A stretch of 59,609 bases of DNA. Origin: Methanotrichaceae archaeon (GTDB taxonomy: Archaea; Halobacteriota; Methanosarcinia; Methanotrichales; Methanotrichaceae). Every line of letters begins with the position of its first letter. Position 1 is the stretch's first letter. Shown here piece after piece: positions 20,095 through 30,080 of the stretch. The DNA lies in contig CAVWIG010000042.1 of the NCBI GenBank assembly GCA_963754945.1, positions 1 to 59,609 on the forward strand. Direction: 5' to 3'. The translations under genes and the position numbers were made by a program. The notes beneath the pieces were generated by a model. The model did not search any database, had not been told where the DNA came from, and saw nothing but the letters and a program-made list of their open reading frames with translations.

Positions 20095-20151
20095 GAGTTC
20101 GATGCTGTGTATAGGGGGCTGCTGGAGAAAGCTCGGGGTGAGGTTGTGTTC
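20095..20151 (+). pseudogene. Extreme 3' tail of the PolB2-like gene (third C-terminal copy)
   Basis: GAGTTCGATGCTGTGTATAGGGGGCTGCTGGAGAAAGCTCGGGGTGAGGTTGTGTTC matches the tails at ~19547-19612 and ~23270-23336. Confidence 0.7.
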
Positions 20152-20184
20152 AGTTTAAATATCAACCGGAAGGATTCTGGAGTC

Positions 20185-20575
20185 ATTCAAGATTCCTCAA
20201 TACTGTCTCAACATGTCCTTTGACCTTGACGGATCGCCACATATGAGCAATGAGTCCATCAGGACCGATCAAGAAGGTAGATCTCACAACGCATATTTCT
20301 CTTGGCAGTACATCTTCTTTAGAGCCTAGACTCCATTGGCTTCCAAGACTTTGTGATCTGGATCGCTAAGCAGTTTTACTTCAACCCATGCTTCTCAGCA
20401 AATTTCCTATGGCTTGCTAGAGAATCGCGACTGATTCCCAAGGCATCTGCTCCTAGAGCATGAAGGGCATCTAACGCAGTAGTCATCTAGCGCAGTAGTG
20501 GAATCCACTGCTTCCTGGGTGCATCCGCTTGTATTGTCTTAGGATAGAAATGGAGTACAATCCATTTTTTCTCTA
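20185..20575 (-). pseudogene. Bcp/PrxQ peroxiredoxin remnant
   Basis: WIVLHFYPK / NTSGCTQEA..., GISRDSLASHRKFAEKHG, LLSDPDHKV, RSTFLIGPDG, VKVKGH; several frameshifts and stops. Confidence 0.8.
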
Positions 20576-20583
20576 CTAGCTTG

Positions 20584-21120
20584 TCAGACCAGCCTGAGCA
20601 AACCCTCAGACTCCACAAGGGCTTCGGCTTTCCTAAGCCAACCAAGGATCTCGCCGAACTTCTCCTTGCCGACGCCAATTTCTTCCGCTCTTTTCCTCAC
20701 CATTTCTTTTTGGGCCGGGCCTTGGACCTCTTCTGAGACAATCCTGATGGCATCCATGATCGACATTATCTGAACTCTGGTCATCTCGCTAATTCCCAGG
20801 GTTATCTGTTCAGAATCGACCTTGTCCAGAAGCGCCTCCTCCCGAGACATTTCGGACCTAACCAATCCCTCATCCCTTATAACCGGGATGTCCCCTTCAA
20901 AGAGAGAATCAAAGAGCGATTTCAACCGCTTGATATCCTTCACTGCCCCCGAGATTGTCTTCTGCGCCTCTATTTGACTGCTCTCCAGATTCTTCAAGCC
21001 GCTTTCCAGATTGTCTATGCGATCTCTCAGCCTGACCAAGTTGCGCCTGGAAACGTTCAAGCAAGCAATGCTGTTTATACTGATGGCACATCTATCGATA
21101 TTCTCATTCTCTTTATCCAT
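20584..21120 (-). CDS. Coiled-coil protein with MCM-C-terminal-like winged helix
   Basis: N-terminal heptads; C-terminal IMDAIRIVSEE..GPA..EMV...AEEIGV..EKF.EIL..L......LLRLV. Confidence 0.55.
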   Translation of the reverse strand: MDKENENIDRCAISINSIACLNVSRRNLVRLRDRIDNLESGLKNLESSQIEAQKTISGAVKDIKRLKSLFDSLFEGDIPVIRDEGLVRSEMSREEALLDKVDSEQITLGISEMTRVQIMSIMDAIRIVSEEVQGPAQKEMVRKRAEEIGVGKEKFGEILGWLRKAEALVESEGLLRLV

Positions 21121-21209
21121 AAGACGCTCCCCGATCTAATTCAAATTCCTAGTTCATTTTATATTGTGCTAGCGAGGGATTTTAAAGATGTTGGTTTCAT
21201 CAGGGTCCA

Positions 21210-21725
21210 CGATCCCGACGTTATCCTCCTTCCTATGCCGATACCTGGGTTCCTACCATAATCAAGAAGGCCAGACGCTACGGCCTGGTGCCAACATTCA
21301 GCCGCAGCGGCTGGTTCAACCCACATTTCGCACTTTGACTTTCAAAATCGAGTAATTCTATTGCTAGCGATTTTGAGATATAACTATAATTTTTATTATT
21401 TATACAAGTTAATATTTAGTGCAGAACATCCTCGCATTTTCGGCCAAAGGAATTCTGACACATTTTTTCCGCTTAAAAATCAACGAAATGCAAAATACTA
21501 AAATTGAAAATTCTTAATTATTTTAAATAATTATATCAAACTAGCCAAATCAATAGCTGCAAAAATGTGAATTGGTGACTCGAAGTGCGGAATGTGGGGT
21601 TCAAGTTAACGGCCTCAAAGTCCTACTGGAACTATGGCAAGGTTAACCACAAAGACGGAGCGATGATCCCTGAAGACCGGGTACTGATAGACACGGCCAA
21701 GAGCTTCGTCTACACCGAGGGCAGA
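21210..21725 (+). pseudogene. PolB2-like DNA polymerase, central fragment interrupted by a MITE
   Basis: HDPDVILL/YADTWVPTIIKKARRYGLVPTFSRSGWF | KLTASKSYWNYGKVNHKDGAMIPEDRVLIDTAKSFVYTEG. Confidence 0.7.
21320..21598. mobile_element. 279-bp MITE with IS1634-like ends
   Basis: TIR CCCACATTTCGCACTTTGA / TCGAAGTGCGGAATGTGGG; 6-bp TSD GTTCAA; AT-rich non-coding interior. Confidence 0.88.
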
Positions 21726-21803
21726 TTGCTAGTGCCGTAACCGAAGCTGAGTCAGAACTCAGGCCCTGAGTTATGGTAGGCATCAAGACAGGAATTTTTC
21801 TTT

Positions 21804-22523
21804 TCAAACAAAATCCTTAATCCCAAATCGATTGTGATGGGCCAATTCAATGACATCCCGCCGCACCCTCAAGAATTTGGACGGCTTAGAGATGGGATAT
21901 CCCAGACGGACAGCATAGGCTATTCTCATAAATTCGGGGATATCGAGAATTCTCTTCACTTCTTGTTCCACGGAGTTTCCGCTAAAGACGCTCATTATTT
22001 GAAACGCAATTCCCAGGGCCTGGGCCGTAATCCACATGTTCTCCATTATACAGCCAAGGCTTATGAATCCTAGAACATCGCATTCAGAGGCTGGAGCTCT
22101 CTTTCTGGCGTCATAGATCACGATCAGCAGCGTTGGACTACCTTTAATGGTTTGATCCAAGGGAGATGGCTCACTTTCACGTGCAACCTTGCTCCAATCA
22201 TCAGGAGTTATCCACGATAGTGGAAACATTGTGCCTAGGATTCCGACTTTCTTTTGGATCAGCTCCTCTTCGGAGAACGAAAGCTGATGATAGTTCTCCC
22301 TGAGGAAATCTTCGGAAATCCTGAACTTAATATTCCCTAACTTCCTAAGCTGGTTCTCATCATCAACGACTATTACCTCAAAGTTCTGCATATTGTGTGG
22401 AGTGGGTGCCCAGCGCGCCGCCTCAAGGATCTGCAATAAGTCCTGTTTGGCTGGTGGATGCTCCCGATCAAAAGGAGCCCTCGACGAGTGCCTCTCCCGG
22501 ATAATCTTCAGAATTTCGCTCAT
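21804..22523 (-). CDS. Nitroreductase family protein
   Basis: RHSSR, AARWAPTPHNMQNF, ENMWITAQALG, RLGYP motifs. Confidence 0.92.
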   Translation of the reverse strand: MSEILKIIRERHSSRAPFDREHPPAKQDLLQILEAARWAPTPHNMQNFEVIVVDDENQLRKLGNIKFRISEDFLRENYHQLSFSEEELIQKKVGILGTMFPLSWITPDDWSKVARESEPSPLDQTIKGSPTLLIVIYDARKRAPASECDVLGFISLGCIMENMWITAQALGIAFQIMSVFSGNSVEQEVKRILDIPEFMRIAYAVRLGYPISKPSKFLRVRRDVIELAHHNRFGIKDFV

Positions 22524-22753
22524 GATTACCTTCCTACCATTTCTAGAATCTAACGGAGATGAACCTTTCCAGACGTCATTTCTCTAGTCCAGAAAAGCCT
22601 GCACCAAAAGAAGCATGAGGAACATAAAAAGTCAAGTTCGGCCAGATCTAGGTCAAAGAAAGGATCACTGAAACCTCCCGGGAGCGGCTACAGATCAGAA
22701 GCTTACCAGGGAGATGGGTTTGTGAGTTCTTCTATGAACACTGCGACATAGTA

Positions 22754-23365
22754 TTGGTTATTGCCGAGCCGAGACCAAAGTTCAAGGAGGCCGTGAAGAG
22801 GGAGACCGGGATTTTAACAGAGGTAGACACTTACGACTGGATCACCTTCCTGCCCATGAGCGACGGAGGAGGTGCCTATAACCGCTACTTTGGCAGGCTT
22901 AACACTGGCAAGATGAAGATCCGGGGAGTGATGGCCCGCAAAGGAGACACTCCTGAGTATGTCAATAAGATGCAGCAGGAAGTATTCAAGGTACTAGCAG
23001 CGGCAAAGAGCCTGGAGGACCTCAGACGGATAGAGCCCAGAGCTCGGGAGGTCTACAGGAGATACATGGACGAGCTGGACGGAGCCGATGTCAAAGAGCT
23101 GGCCATCCACAGAAGAGTAAGCAGGCTGAACTATTCCCGGAGATGTGCTGAGGCCTCAGCTGTGCAGGCTCACATGAAGCAGGGAATTCCCTTGGCTCCA
23201 GGGATGGAGATAGGCTACGTGATCAGGGATGCCCGCAAGTGGGAGGTGGATCCAGAGAGAACTGCATCTAAGTTCGATGCGGTGTACTATCGAGGGCTGC
23301 TGGAGAAGGCTTGGGGAGAGGTAGCGTTTGTGTTTCGAAATTCACCTAAGTGCGAAAGGTCTTGA
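22754..23365 (+). pseudogene. PolB2-like DNA polymerase C-terminal fragment (longest copy)
   Basis: WITFLP..GAYNRYFGRLNTGKMKIRGVMARKGDTP...PGMEIGYVI...FDAVYYRGLLEKAW; lacks the N-terminal and catalytic part. Confidence 0.8.
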
Positions 23366-23366
23366 C

Positions 23367-23851
23367 CTAGACTTTACCTGTAAATACTATGCAGTTCTTC
23401 CACAGAGTCTCCAGTGGATCGCCAAAGATCTTTCGCTCCCGCTCTGGCGCAGTATTAGACGTATTGAAGACAAGGGCAGCTTTGGCCTGCAGCAAACCTC
23501 GCGGAACCCCCTCGCTGCTGTCGCCCTCCAAAAATTCATAGGCCACTCCGGGCCTATTACCCGGTCGATCCAGCCTTTCAAGATGGCCGGAGGCTGACCC
23601 CACCAGTTGGGATGGACAATTATTATTCCTTCAGCATGGGCGATCTCATGGCAATGCTTTTGGATAACGGGATCTAAAGAAGCAACTTTCGGAATCTCCT
23701 GGTAGGGCAAAACGGGATCAAAGCCCTCCTGGCAGAGGTCGTGAAAAGAGACATGGTGGCCGTTCTGCCTCAAGGTTTGTAAAGCCGCTTCGGCTATGGC
23801 ATGGTTGAAGCTTCCCGGCTTGGGGTTGGCGAGAATCAGAGATACTCTCAT
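23367..23851 (-). pseudogene. Flavodoxin-fold NAD(P)H:quinone oxidoreductase, frameshifted and 3'-truncated
   Basis: ANPKPGSFNHAI, HPNWWGQPPAILKGWIDRV / PGVAYEF...LWKNCI; ends abruptly at the polB tail. Confidence 0.85.
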
Positions 23852-23910
23852 TGATTAGACATTGAACTCCCGGCGTCTAAAGTTTACCGGTTTCGTTCAG
23901 TACCGAAGGA

Positions 23911-24345
23911 TCAGAATTTGATCCTCGGCACCTCCCCCTCCCTCATGTTGTCCGCCATTGTCCAGAAGTAGGCAACGCCATGCGGTATTCGAAATATTGT
24001 CAGCAACGGATCGTCAGGCCCTTTCACAATGGCTTTCAGGAATGGCCTCTCCTCGATAAGCCTCAATCGCAACGCCGGATCGTCCAGGAACTCGGCCTCT
24101 CCGGCCACGCGCATCATCCGGTCGAACTTCGGAGTGCAGACGCAGACCTCTAACTTTGGGTTGGCCTTGAGCTGTCGGGACACGCTCTTGGAAGAGCCGG
24201 TATGGAAATAGAACCCGCTTTCGTCAGCCAACCACATCAGAAAGGCCCTGACCCTTGGCTGGTCGCCATCACAGGTTGCCACATACGATACCCTGTTCTC
24301 GTTGGCGAAATTGATGCAGTCTTTGAAGTCCATGCAAATCCTCAC
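23911..24345 (-). CDS. Pyridoxamine 5'-phosphate oxidase-like FMN-binding protein
   Basis: ATCDGDQPRVR, FYFHT..K...QLKANPKLEVC. Confidence 0.88.
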   Translation of the reverse strand: MRICMDFKDCINFANENRVSYVATCDGDQPRVRAFLMWLADESGFYFHTGSSKSVSRQLKANPKLEVCVCTPKFDRMMRVAGEAEFLDDPALRLRLIEERPFLKAIVKGPDDPLLTIFRIPHGVAYFWTMADNMREGEVPRIKF

Positions 24346-24377
24346 TACCTCATTGTTCGACAGGCTCTAAATATTTA

Positions 24378-24971
24378 ATGGCCCGCCGTTTAGAAGGATA
24401 TGAAGAGGATCTGGAATCTAGGGTAATGATCGAGATCGATGATCAAGATGCGGTTGGGCCCGGCCACGGAAGAGTTATATCACCCTCGGTCAAACTTTCG
24501 GGCATGACCGACGTCCCTGAGATACCTCTCGATCAGATCCAGCAGCGCGTGGTGGCCATGTGGATGGGAAGCTTCTACGGAACCAGCGGCTACATAGCCC
24601 GCAGGCTGGGAAAGAAAGGCCTCCGGGAATTCCAGGAGCTTGGAGCCCGACAGATGGCAGCGATCTTCAAACGAATCGGACTGGCCTCGCCCTTGGACAT
24701 CGCTCTCGCTATAGCCACCAACGAGAAGAACCTCTTCGGAAGCAATGTGGAGGTGGCGGAAGGCGTTGGCCACGCAGAGATAAGGCGCAGCAGATGTGCT
24801 CTGCTTGAGGGGGCCAGTACATTCTCAAGGCTAGGCGCAACTCTGATCGCCAAGGAACACTGCAAGACCTGCCGTGAGAGCCATTGGCGAAAAGTATTCT
24901 CCGAGCTGGGATTGACCATGGAGTCGGAAGATATCGATGGCGGATGCGTGATGAAGATATTCAGACAATAG
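24378..24971 (+). CDS. Hypothetical protein with conserved Cys (V4R/ATC-hydrolase-like fold possible)
   Basis: RCALL...CKTC...GGCVM pattern; true start may be ~24503. Confidence 0.55.
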   Translation: MARRLEGYEEDLESRVMIEIDDQDAVGPGHGRVISPSVKLSGMTDVPEIPLDQIQQRVVAMWMGSFYGTSGYIARRLGKKGLREFQELGARQMAAIFKRIGLASPLDIALAIATNEKNLFGSNVEVAEGVGHAEIRRSRCALLEGASTFSRLGATLIAKEHCKTCRESHWRKVFSELGLTMESEDIDGGCVMKIFRQ

Positions 24972-25056
24972 GCTTGCAAGAATAGGCCTGCAAACAGCCC
25001 GCGGCTTTTCTTGATGCGAAAGCTTAAATCCTCCGCTGATACGAAACTACAATACC

Positions 25057-25470
25057 ATGATAAAGATAAAATACCTAATCACAATCGCCATTCTCTGTGC
25101 AATTGCAACGACGGTTAGCGCAACCATGTGGGAGAACCAGATGCCTGATTTCCTGCAGATAGGGTCCCAGTACCAATTTACTGCTCCGATCTTCAAGCCA
25201 ACAGAGCTGTCTTCCTTTGAGATAATTAACGCTCCGTACTTCCCGCTTCTCGGGGAGGGATTCTACACTAGCGCTGCCCCATTGCAGCCCACAACCCAGA
25301 ATCCGACTGTAACGGTCAATAGCACCGGGAAAGTAGATGCCATCCCGCCCTTGATGGATTTCAGTGGAAACTTCGAGAACAACCTGAAGTACGCGGAGTC
25401 CAAATCGTCTCTTAGGATCGGTCAAGGCAGCAGTTCGGCCACACTGAACACTCCCTGGATGATAAAATAA
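25057..25470 (+). CDS. Secreted hypothetical protein
   Basis: N-terminal signal peptide ending VSA. Confidence 0.65.
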   Translation: MIKIKYLITIAILCAIATTVSATMWENQMPDFLQIGSQYQFTAPIFKPTELSSFEIINAPYFPLLGEGFYTSAAPLQPTTQNPTVTVNSTGKVDAIPPLMDFSGNFENNLKYAESKSSLRIGQGSSSATLNTPWMIK

Positions 25471-25524
25471 ATAACTCGGTTCTCAACAACAGAGATCCGG
25501 ACAATCAATCCGGACCTTCTGCTT

Positions 25525-27597
25525 TTATCTACCGCTCCTGATCCTCTGAGCATGTCTGAACATGACTGAGATGGCATCGGCACACTGCTCAGGGGTTGAG
25601 TACACGGGGATGCCTGCTTTCTCCATCTTTATCACATCCTCCATGGCAAACTCCTTTCCGGCCACGCAGGCCATTATCGGTTTGCCCTTGTAGTCTATGC
25701 TCTTCAACGAATCGACATAAGATCCAAGGATCTCAGCCTGGAGGACAACTATGAAGCTGCCGACATCAGCGCTCTCCACGCCTATTTCGATGGTCTTCTT
25801 GACGGTCTCTCCGTCCATGCTGAAGGTGTAGTCAACTGGGTTTAATCCGCCCACGTACTCCGGCAGCAGGCCTCTCAGCCTCTCCTTCAGAGCAGGCTCA
25901 AGGTCCGACAACCTCATCCCGTTGTCGGTTACAGCATCTGCCGAAATGACTCCTAGAGAGCCTGCGTAGGTGATGATGAACACTCCGTCCCTTTCGGGCA
26001 TAGGCTGCTTGGAAACAGCCTTGGCTAGGTTGAACATGTGTTCGTAGTCACTGGCCCTGATTATCCCGCCCTGCCGGAACACTCCAGAAAAGACCTGATC
26101 GTTTCCTGCAAGCGAGGCCGTGTGAGAGGTAACCGCCTTCTTTCCTGCATCGGTTCGCCCTGACTTCAGTACAATCACAGGCTTGGTCATTGAAACTTGT
26201 TTGGCCACGTCTACGAAGCGTCTCCCGCCCTTGACCGACTCCAGGTACATGCAGATGACGTTTATGTTCTTGTCTTGGCTTACCTCGCTCAGCATGTCCG
26301 TCTCGTTGATGTCCAGCTTGTTCCCAATTGTGGCAACTATTCCGAAGTCCATGATCTGGCGAAGCCCCCACAGCATCCCTGCTGCGCACACTCCCGCCTG
26401 GGAAACGAGGCCTATGCTGCCCTTGCCTAGGGCGTCAACGATCCCAATGGACTGAACCATGCTGCAGTGAGTGTTGATGATTCCAGAGCAGTTGGGGCCC
26501 AGGAGCCTTACACCGTAGCTGTCTGCTATGGCCTTCATCTCTTGCTCCAGTCGTCTGCCCTTCTCGCCCATCTCAGCGAACCCCGCCGACTCAACGACTA
26601 TGTACTTTATCCCGCAGTCGCAGCACTCCTTCACAACGTCAGGGGTAACGCTTGCCGAGACAAGAATTATGGCTACGTCTACCGGCTCGGGGACATCGCT
26701 TATTTTCGGGTAGGCCTTGATTCCGTGGATCTCCTCGGCCTTGGGATTTATCGGGTAGAGCTTTCCTTCGAAGTTGTGACGGACCAGATTTGTGAAGACG
26801 TTCCAGCCCAGTTTTCCACGTGTTCCTGAAGCTCCTATCACGGCGATGGACTTCGGGTAGAAGAGGTCGTGGAGGTCCTGCTTTGGCAGAGCCCTGCTGG
26901 CTTTTTCCATCGGCTCCCCAAGGATGATCCTTGCGTCCACCACCTTGTAGCCCTGAGGATAAACGAAGACAGGGTTTAAGTCCATCTCCTTTATCTCCGG
27001 GTTTTCCATGACCAGATCGGATAGTTTCACCAAGAGGTCTCTCAGAGCCGGAACATCGGCTGTGGGGCCACGGTACCCCTTTAGGAGAGCGTAGCCTTTG
27101 ATCTCCTCGATCATATCCTCTGCATCGTAATCGGACAGGGGGATCGATCTGAATGAGACATCTTTTAGAACCTCAACGAAAATCCCGCCCAAGCCGAACA
27201 TCATCACCGGTCCGAAGGTTGAGTCAAAGGTCACGCCTATGATCACTTCCACCCCTGGCTTTGCCATCTCCTGGACAGAGATTCCAGTCACCGTCCAGTC
27301 CCTGAAGGAATCCATTATCTGGCGGTATGCCTCCCTGACCTGGTCTTCGTTCTGGAGGTTCAGCTTAACCCCACCGGCATCCGATTTGTGTATCACTTCA
27401 GGAGACAGGATCTTCAAGGCCACTGGAGAGCCTATGGATCGGAATAGCTTCACAGCCTCGTCTTCCGACCTCGCGACCAGAGATCCGGTAGTCGAAATAC
27501 CTTGACCTTCAAGGATAGCTTTGGCTTCGTGCTCCATTAGGTAAACTCTGCCTTCCTGTTTAGCCTGATCCACCATTTGTCTAAATGAATTTGTCAT
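25525..27597 (-). CDS. acd: ADP-forming acetate/acyl-CoA ligase, beta-alpha fusion
   Basis: HKSDAGGV ATP-grasp domain, then PKSIAVIGAS, GPNC, SHTASLAG (phospho-His), NPVD. Confidence 0.93.
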   Translation of the reverse strand: MTNSFRQMVDQAKQEGRVYLMEHEAKAILEGQGISTTGSLVARSEDEAVKLFRSIGSPVALKILSPEVIHKSDAGGVKLNLQNEDQVREAYRQIMDSFRDWTVTGISVQEMAKPGVEVIIGVTFDSTFGPVMMFGLGGIFVEVLKDVSFRSIPLSDYDAEDMIEEIKGYALLKGYRGPTADVPALRDLLVKLSDLVMENPEIKEMDLNPVFVYPQGYKVVDARIILGEPMEKASRALPKQDLHDLFYPKSIAVIGASGTRGKLGWNVFTNLVRHNFEGKLYPINPKAEEIHGIKAYPKISDVPEPVDVAIILVSASVTPDVVKECCDCGIKYIVVESAGFAEMGEKGRRLEQEMKAIADSYGVRLLGPNCSGIINTHCSMVQSIGIVDALGKGSIGLVSQAGVCAAGMLWGLRQIMDFGIVATIGNKLDINETDMLSEVSQDKNINVICMYLESVKGGRRFVDVAKQVSMTKPVIVLKSGRTDAGKKAVTSHTASLAGNDQVFSGVFRQGGIIRASDYEHMFNLAKAVSKQPMPERDGVFIITYAGSLGVISADAVTDNGMRLSDLEPALKERLRGLLPEYVGGLNPVDYTFSMDGETVKKTIEIGVESADVGSFIVVLQAEILGSYVDSLKSIDYKGKPIMACVAGKEFAMEDVIKMEKAGIPVYSTPEQCADAISVMFRHAQRIRSGR

Positions 27598-27878
27598 CTT
27601 AATCCCAATTATATTTCAATTACTGCTTACTTAATACTGATCCGACTTTGGTATCTATGCCACTCAGCCAGTTTGCGCCAATTGCCCGATTTCCCGCTCT
27701 GACCTTCTTCCAGGGACAGGAGATAATTTCCTACGACCAATCTCATCGAACAGATCAGCGTTCAATGGGCCTAATATTAAACTTTACGAACAGGATAATG
27801 GGCGGATAAGGGCGATTTGCTTAAAATATTCTGCCCGAGAGCGATGCACTTATCTCTGGAAAAGCCCTATAACTTCTT

Positions 27879-28616
27879 ATGGATCAAGACAATGTTCAGG
27901 TCATCCTGGAGAACGAGCCGACAGTAAAGAACCCTGTCCTCATCGAGGGCTTTCCCGGAATAGGCCTCGTGGGCAATATAGCCAGCCAGTACATTGTAAA
28001 CGAGCTGAACATGACCTACCTGGGGGCCATGAGCTCAAAGTTCTTTCCACCGCTGGCAGTCCTTCTTGGCGGAATTGTGAACATGCCTGTGAGGATTTAC
28101 GAGCAGGCTGAAAAGCAGCTTGTGGTTATAACTGCAGACATACCGATACATCCTCTGGCCTCCTACGACATAGGAAAAGAAATAGTCTCTTGGGCCGAGT
28201 CCATAAAGGTAAAGGAGATGGTCTGTCTGGCCGGCATAACAGTGATGAGCGAACAGCACAGGGTTTTTGGGGCCGTAAGCACCAAGGACCTGTTGGAACG
28301 GATAAAGGAAAAGACGGAGATTTTCGAGCTGGGAACGATAACGGGCATAACCGGAAGCATAATGAACGAGTGCCGGATTAGAAAGATGCCAGCCATTTGC
28401 CTGCTGGGAGAGACGGCATCCGTTGAGCCGGATCCCAGGGCGGCCATTGCCGCAGTGGAGACGCTGAACAAGATCTACGACCTTGGTGTGAGCACAGCCA
28501 AGCTGGCAGAGCAGGCCGACCAGATTGAGGTCCAGATGCACCAGCTCGCTCAGCAGCTCAAGGCAGCATCCCCTGAGGAGCAGCAGTTGCCCAAAGAATT
28601 CCCAATGTACGGGTGA
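27879..28616 (+). CDS. PAC2-family proteasome assembly chaperone
   Basis: EGFPGIGLVGNIA, PDPRAA and C-terminal MYG (HbYX-type) motif. Confidence 0.92.
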   Translation: MDQDNVQVILENEPTVKNPVLIEGFPGIGLVGNIASQYIVNELNMTYLGAMSSKFFPPLAVLLGGIVNMPVRIYEQAEKQLVVITADIPIHPLASYDIGKEIVSWAESIKVKEMVCLAGITVMSEQHRVFGAVSTKDLLERIKEKTEIFELGTITGITGSIMNECRIRKMPAICLLGETASVEPDPRAAIAAVETLNKIYDLGVSTAKLAEQADQIEVQMHQLAQQLKAASPEEQQLPKEFPMYG

Positions 28617-29011
28617 TGCAAATGATCTACGTCGCGCTAACGGGAATTGCCAGACACGTGATGAAGGAGCTCCTGGCCGCCAGGGTCAGAACGGTTGAGA
28701 TAAGAAGCCCCAACAACTTCGTAGTTCTGCTCAATGCCAAACCTGGGGATAAGATATTCTTGACCGAGTCCAGCGCCCCGGACATTCTCCTGGGCACCAA
28801 TGGTCTGATAGCCAGCGTAATGGGAATCCAGATGATAACTCACAGGGTAATCCAGTCCAGCGAAGACTACTACGAGGAGAGAGAAGCCCAGGCTGCCCGG
28901 GTCCAGCTCCAGTTTGCTGGAGTGGGACGGGTCCGAAGGGTGGCCTCCTTCGAGGCGGGAGAGCCTCTTGAGCTGGAGGTTGATCAGATGAAGTACTGGG
29001 ATGCCGGATGA
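28613..29011 (+). CDS. DUF473 family protein
   Basis: ALTGIA, RTVEIRSPNN, EERE motifs; overlaps the PAC2 gene. Confidence 0.85.
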   Translation: MMQMIYVALTGIARHVMKELLAARVRTVEIRSPNNFVVLLNAKPGDKIFLTESSAPDILLGTNGLIASVMGIQMITHRVIQSSEDYYEEREAQAARVQLQFAGVGRVRRVASFEAGEPLELEVDQMKYWDAG

Positions 29012-29188
29012 GGATCGCAGCACTATTCACTTTTTCGGAATACATGCAGGAGAACGGACTGCAGCTATAGGTTATCCTCGAACTGGAAAGATCCTACACG
29101 TCTTTCCTTGCTAACAGGATGAACTGCTAATTATAATTGCGTATTGTATCAAAAGTTCCGATGACTATTTTCAGGCATTAAAAGGATT

Positions 29189-29916
29189 GGTCGTGTATGC
29201 CATTTATTGAATTGGCACTCTGAAAGTCAACAATTCTCTCAGGCTCCATATGTGATCAGTTAGACCTTCAGCCATTGCCGGAGTTCGCTGCATCCACCTT
29301 TTTCTTCCCTCATTGATCTCTGTTCTCAGAGATTTGTGTGGTTTGACGAGGTTGTACCAAGCCTGGAAAAAGTCAATTGCTTGAAAATGCATATGGAGAT
29401 CTTTGCTGCAGTTCATACCTCTGCGCACGAACCTTGCCAAAGTGTTGCGGATAGTGAGATTAAGCGTTCTATGTATGCCGTGTTGATCTTGCCCCCAATC
29501 AACACCAAGGGATTTCATAACTTCATCCGGATCTCCAAATACGACACGTTGGAGAATTTCTACAACTCTACCCTTCTCTTTCTGCTTGCATACCTGTGCG
29601 TATTTCAAGCTCGGATAAGGAATGAGTATCGGTAGTGGTTTTCGTCCAATTCCATTGTAATGAGGCGTCTCCAGGTAGCCATAGACATTTACGAGTCCTT
29701 CTTCAAAGGGGTCCCAGTTATCGGATGTGAACACAGGAATAGGAGAATGAATGGACCTTCTTCGTTCCCCATCTTGAAAAGCTTGATGGCAGCTCCGGTT
29801 GATCGATCTCCTTCATGGTGACAGATGGATAATCGTGTCTCTGTTTTAATTGCCGTAAGAGTGTAAACATCGCCACAATCTTCAGGGTCGCTTTGGTAAC
29901 GTTCTTTTCTTTTTTT
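29189..29916 (-). mobile_element. IS1-family (InsB-like) element, 5'-truncated and frameshifted
   Basis: FTSDNW, LKYAQVCK, NLTIRN, YNLVKPH, TPAMAEGLTDHIW; end GGTCGTGT at 29189. Confidence 0.85.
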
Positions 29917-30080
29917 GTATGTGTTTAGCTCCCTCGTGAAATTAATCCAAATTTGCCTAAACCATTTTAACCAGAAAAATTAAATAATCTAATGATAATA
30001 ATCCTCAATTGAGAGTATGGACGAAGAGAGACCAACAAGCAACTTCAGGAACAGAATGAGCTTTTTAAAGCGTGAGAATG
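29917..30080 (+). mobile_element. IS66 left end plus transposase N-terminal remnant
   Basis: GTATGTGTTTAGC identical to the TIR at 8136/9557, followed by degenerate MDEE.TNKQLQEQNELLKRENEL. Confidence 0.75.

Noticed and set aside
16325-23365. Casposon or pipolin as the source of the PolB fragments
   Set aside because: No Cas1-solo, integrase or long terminal repeats seen; the fragments resemble cellular PolB2, not protein-primed PolB
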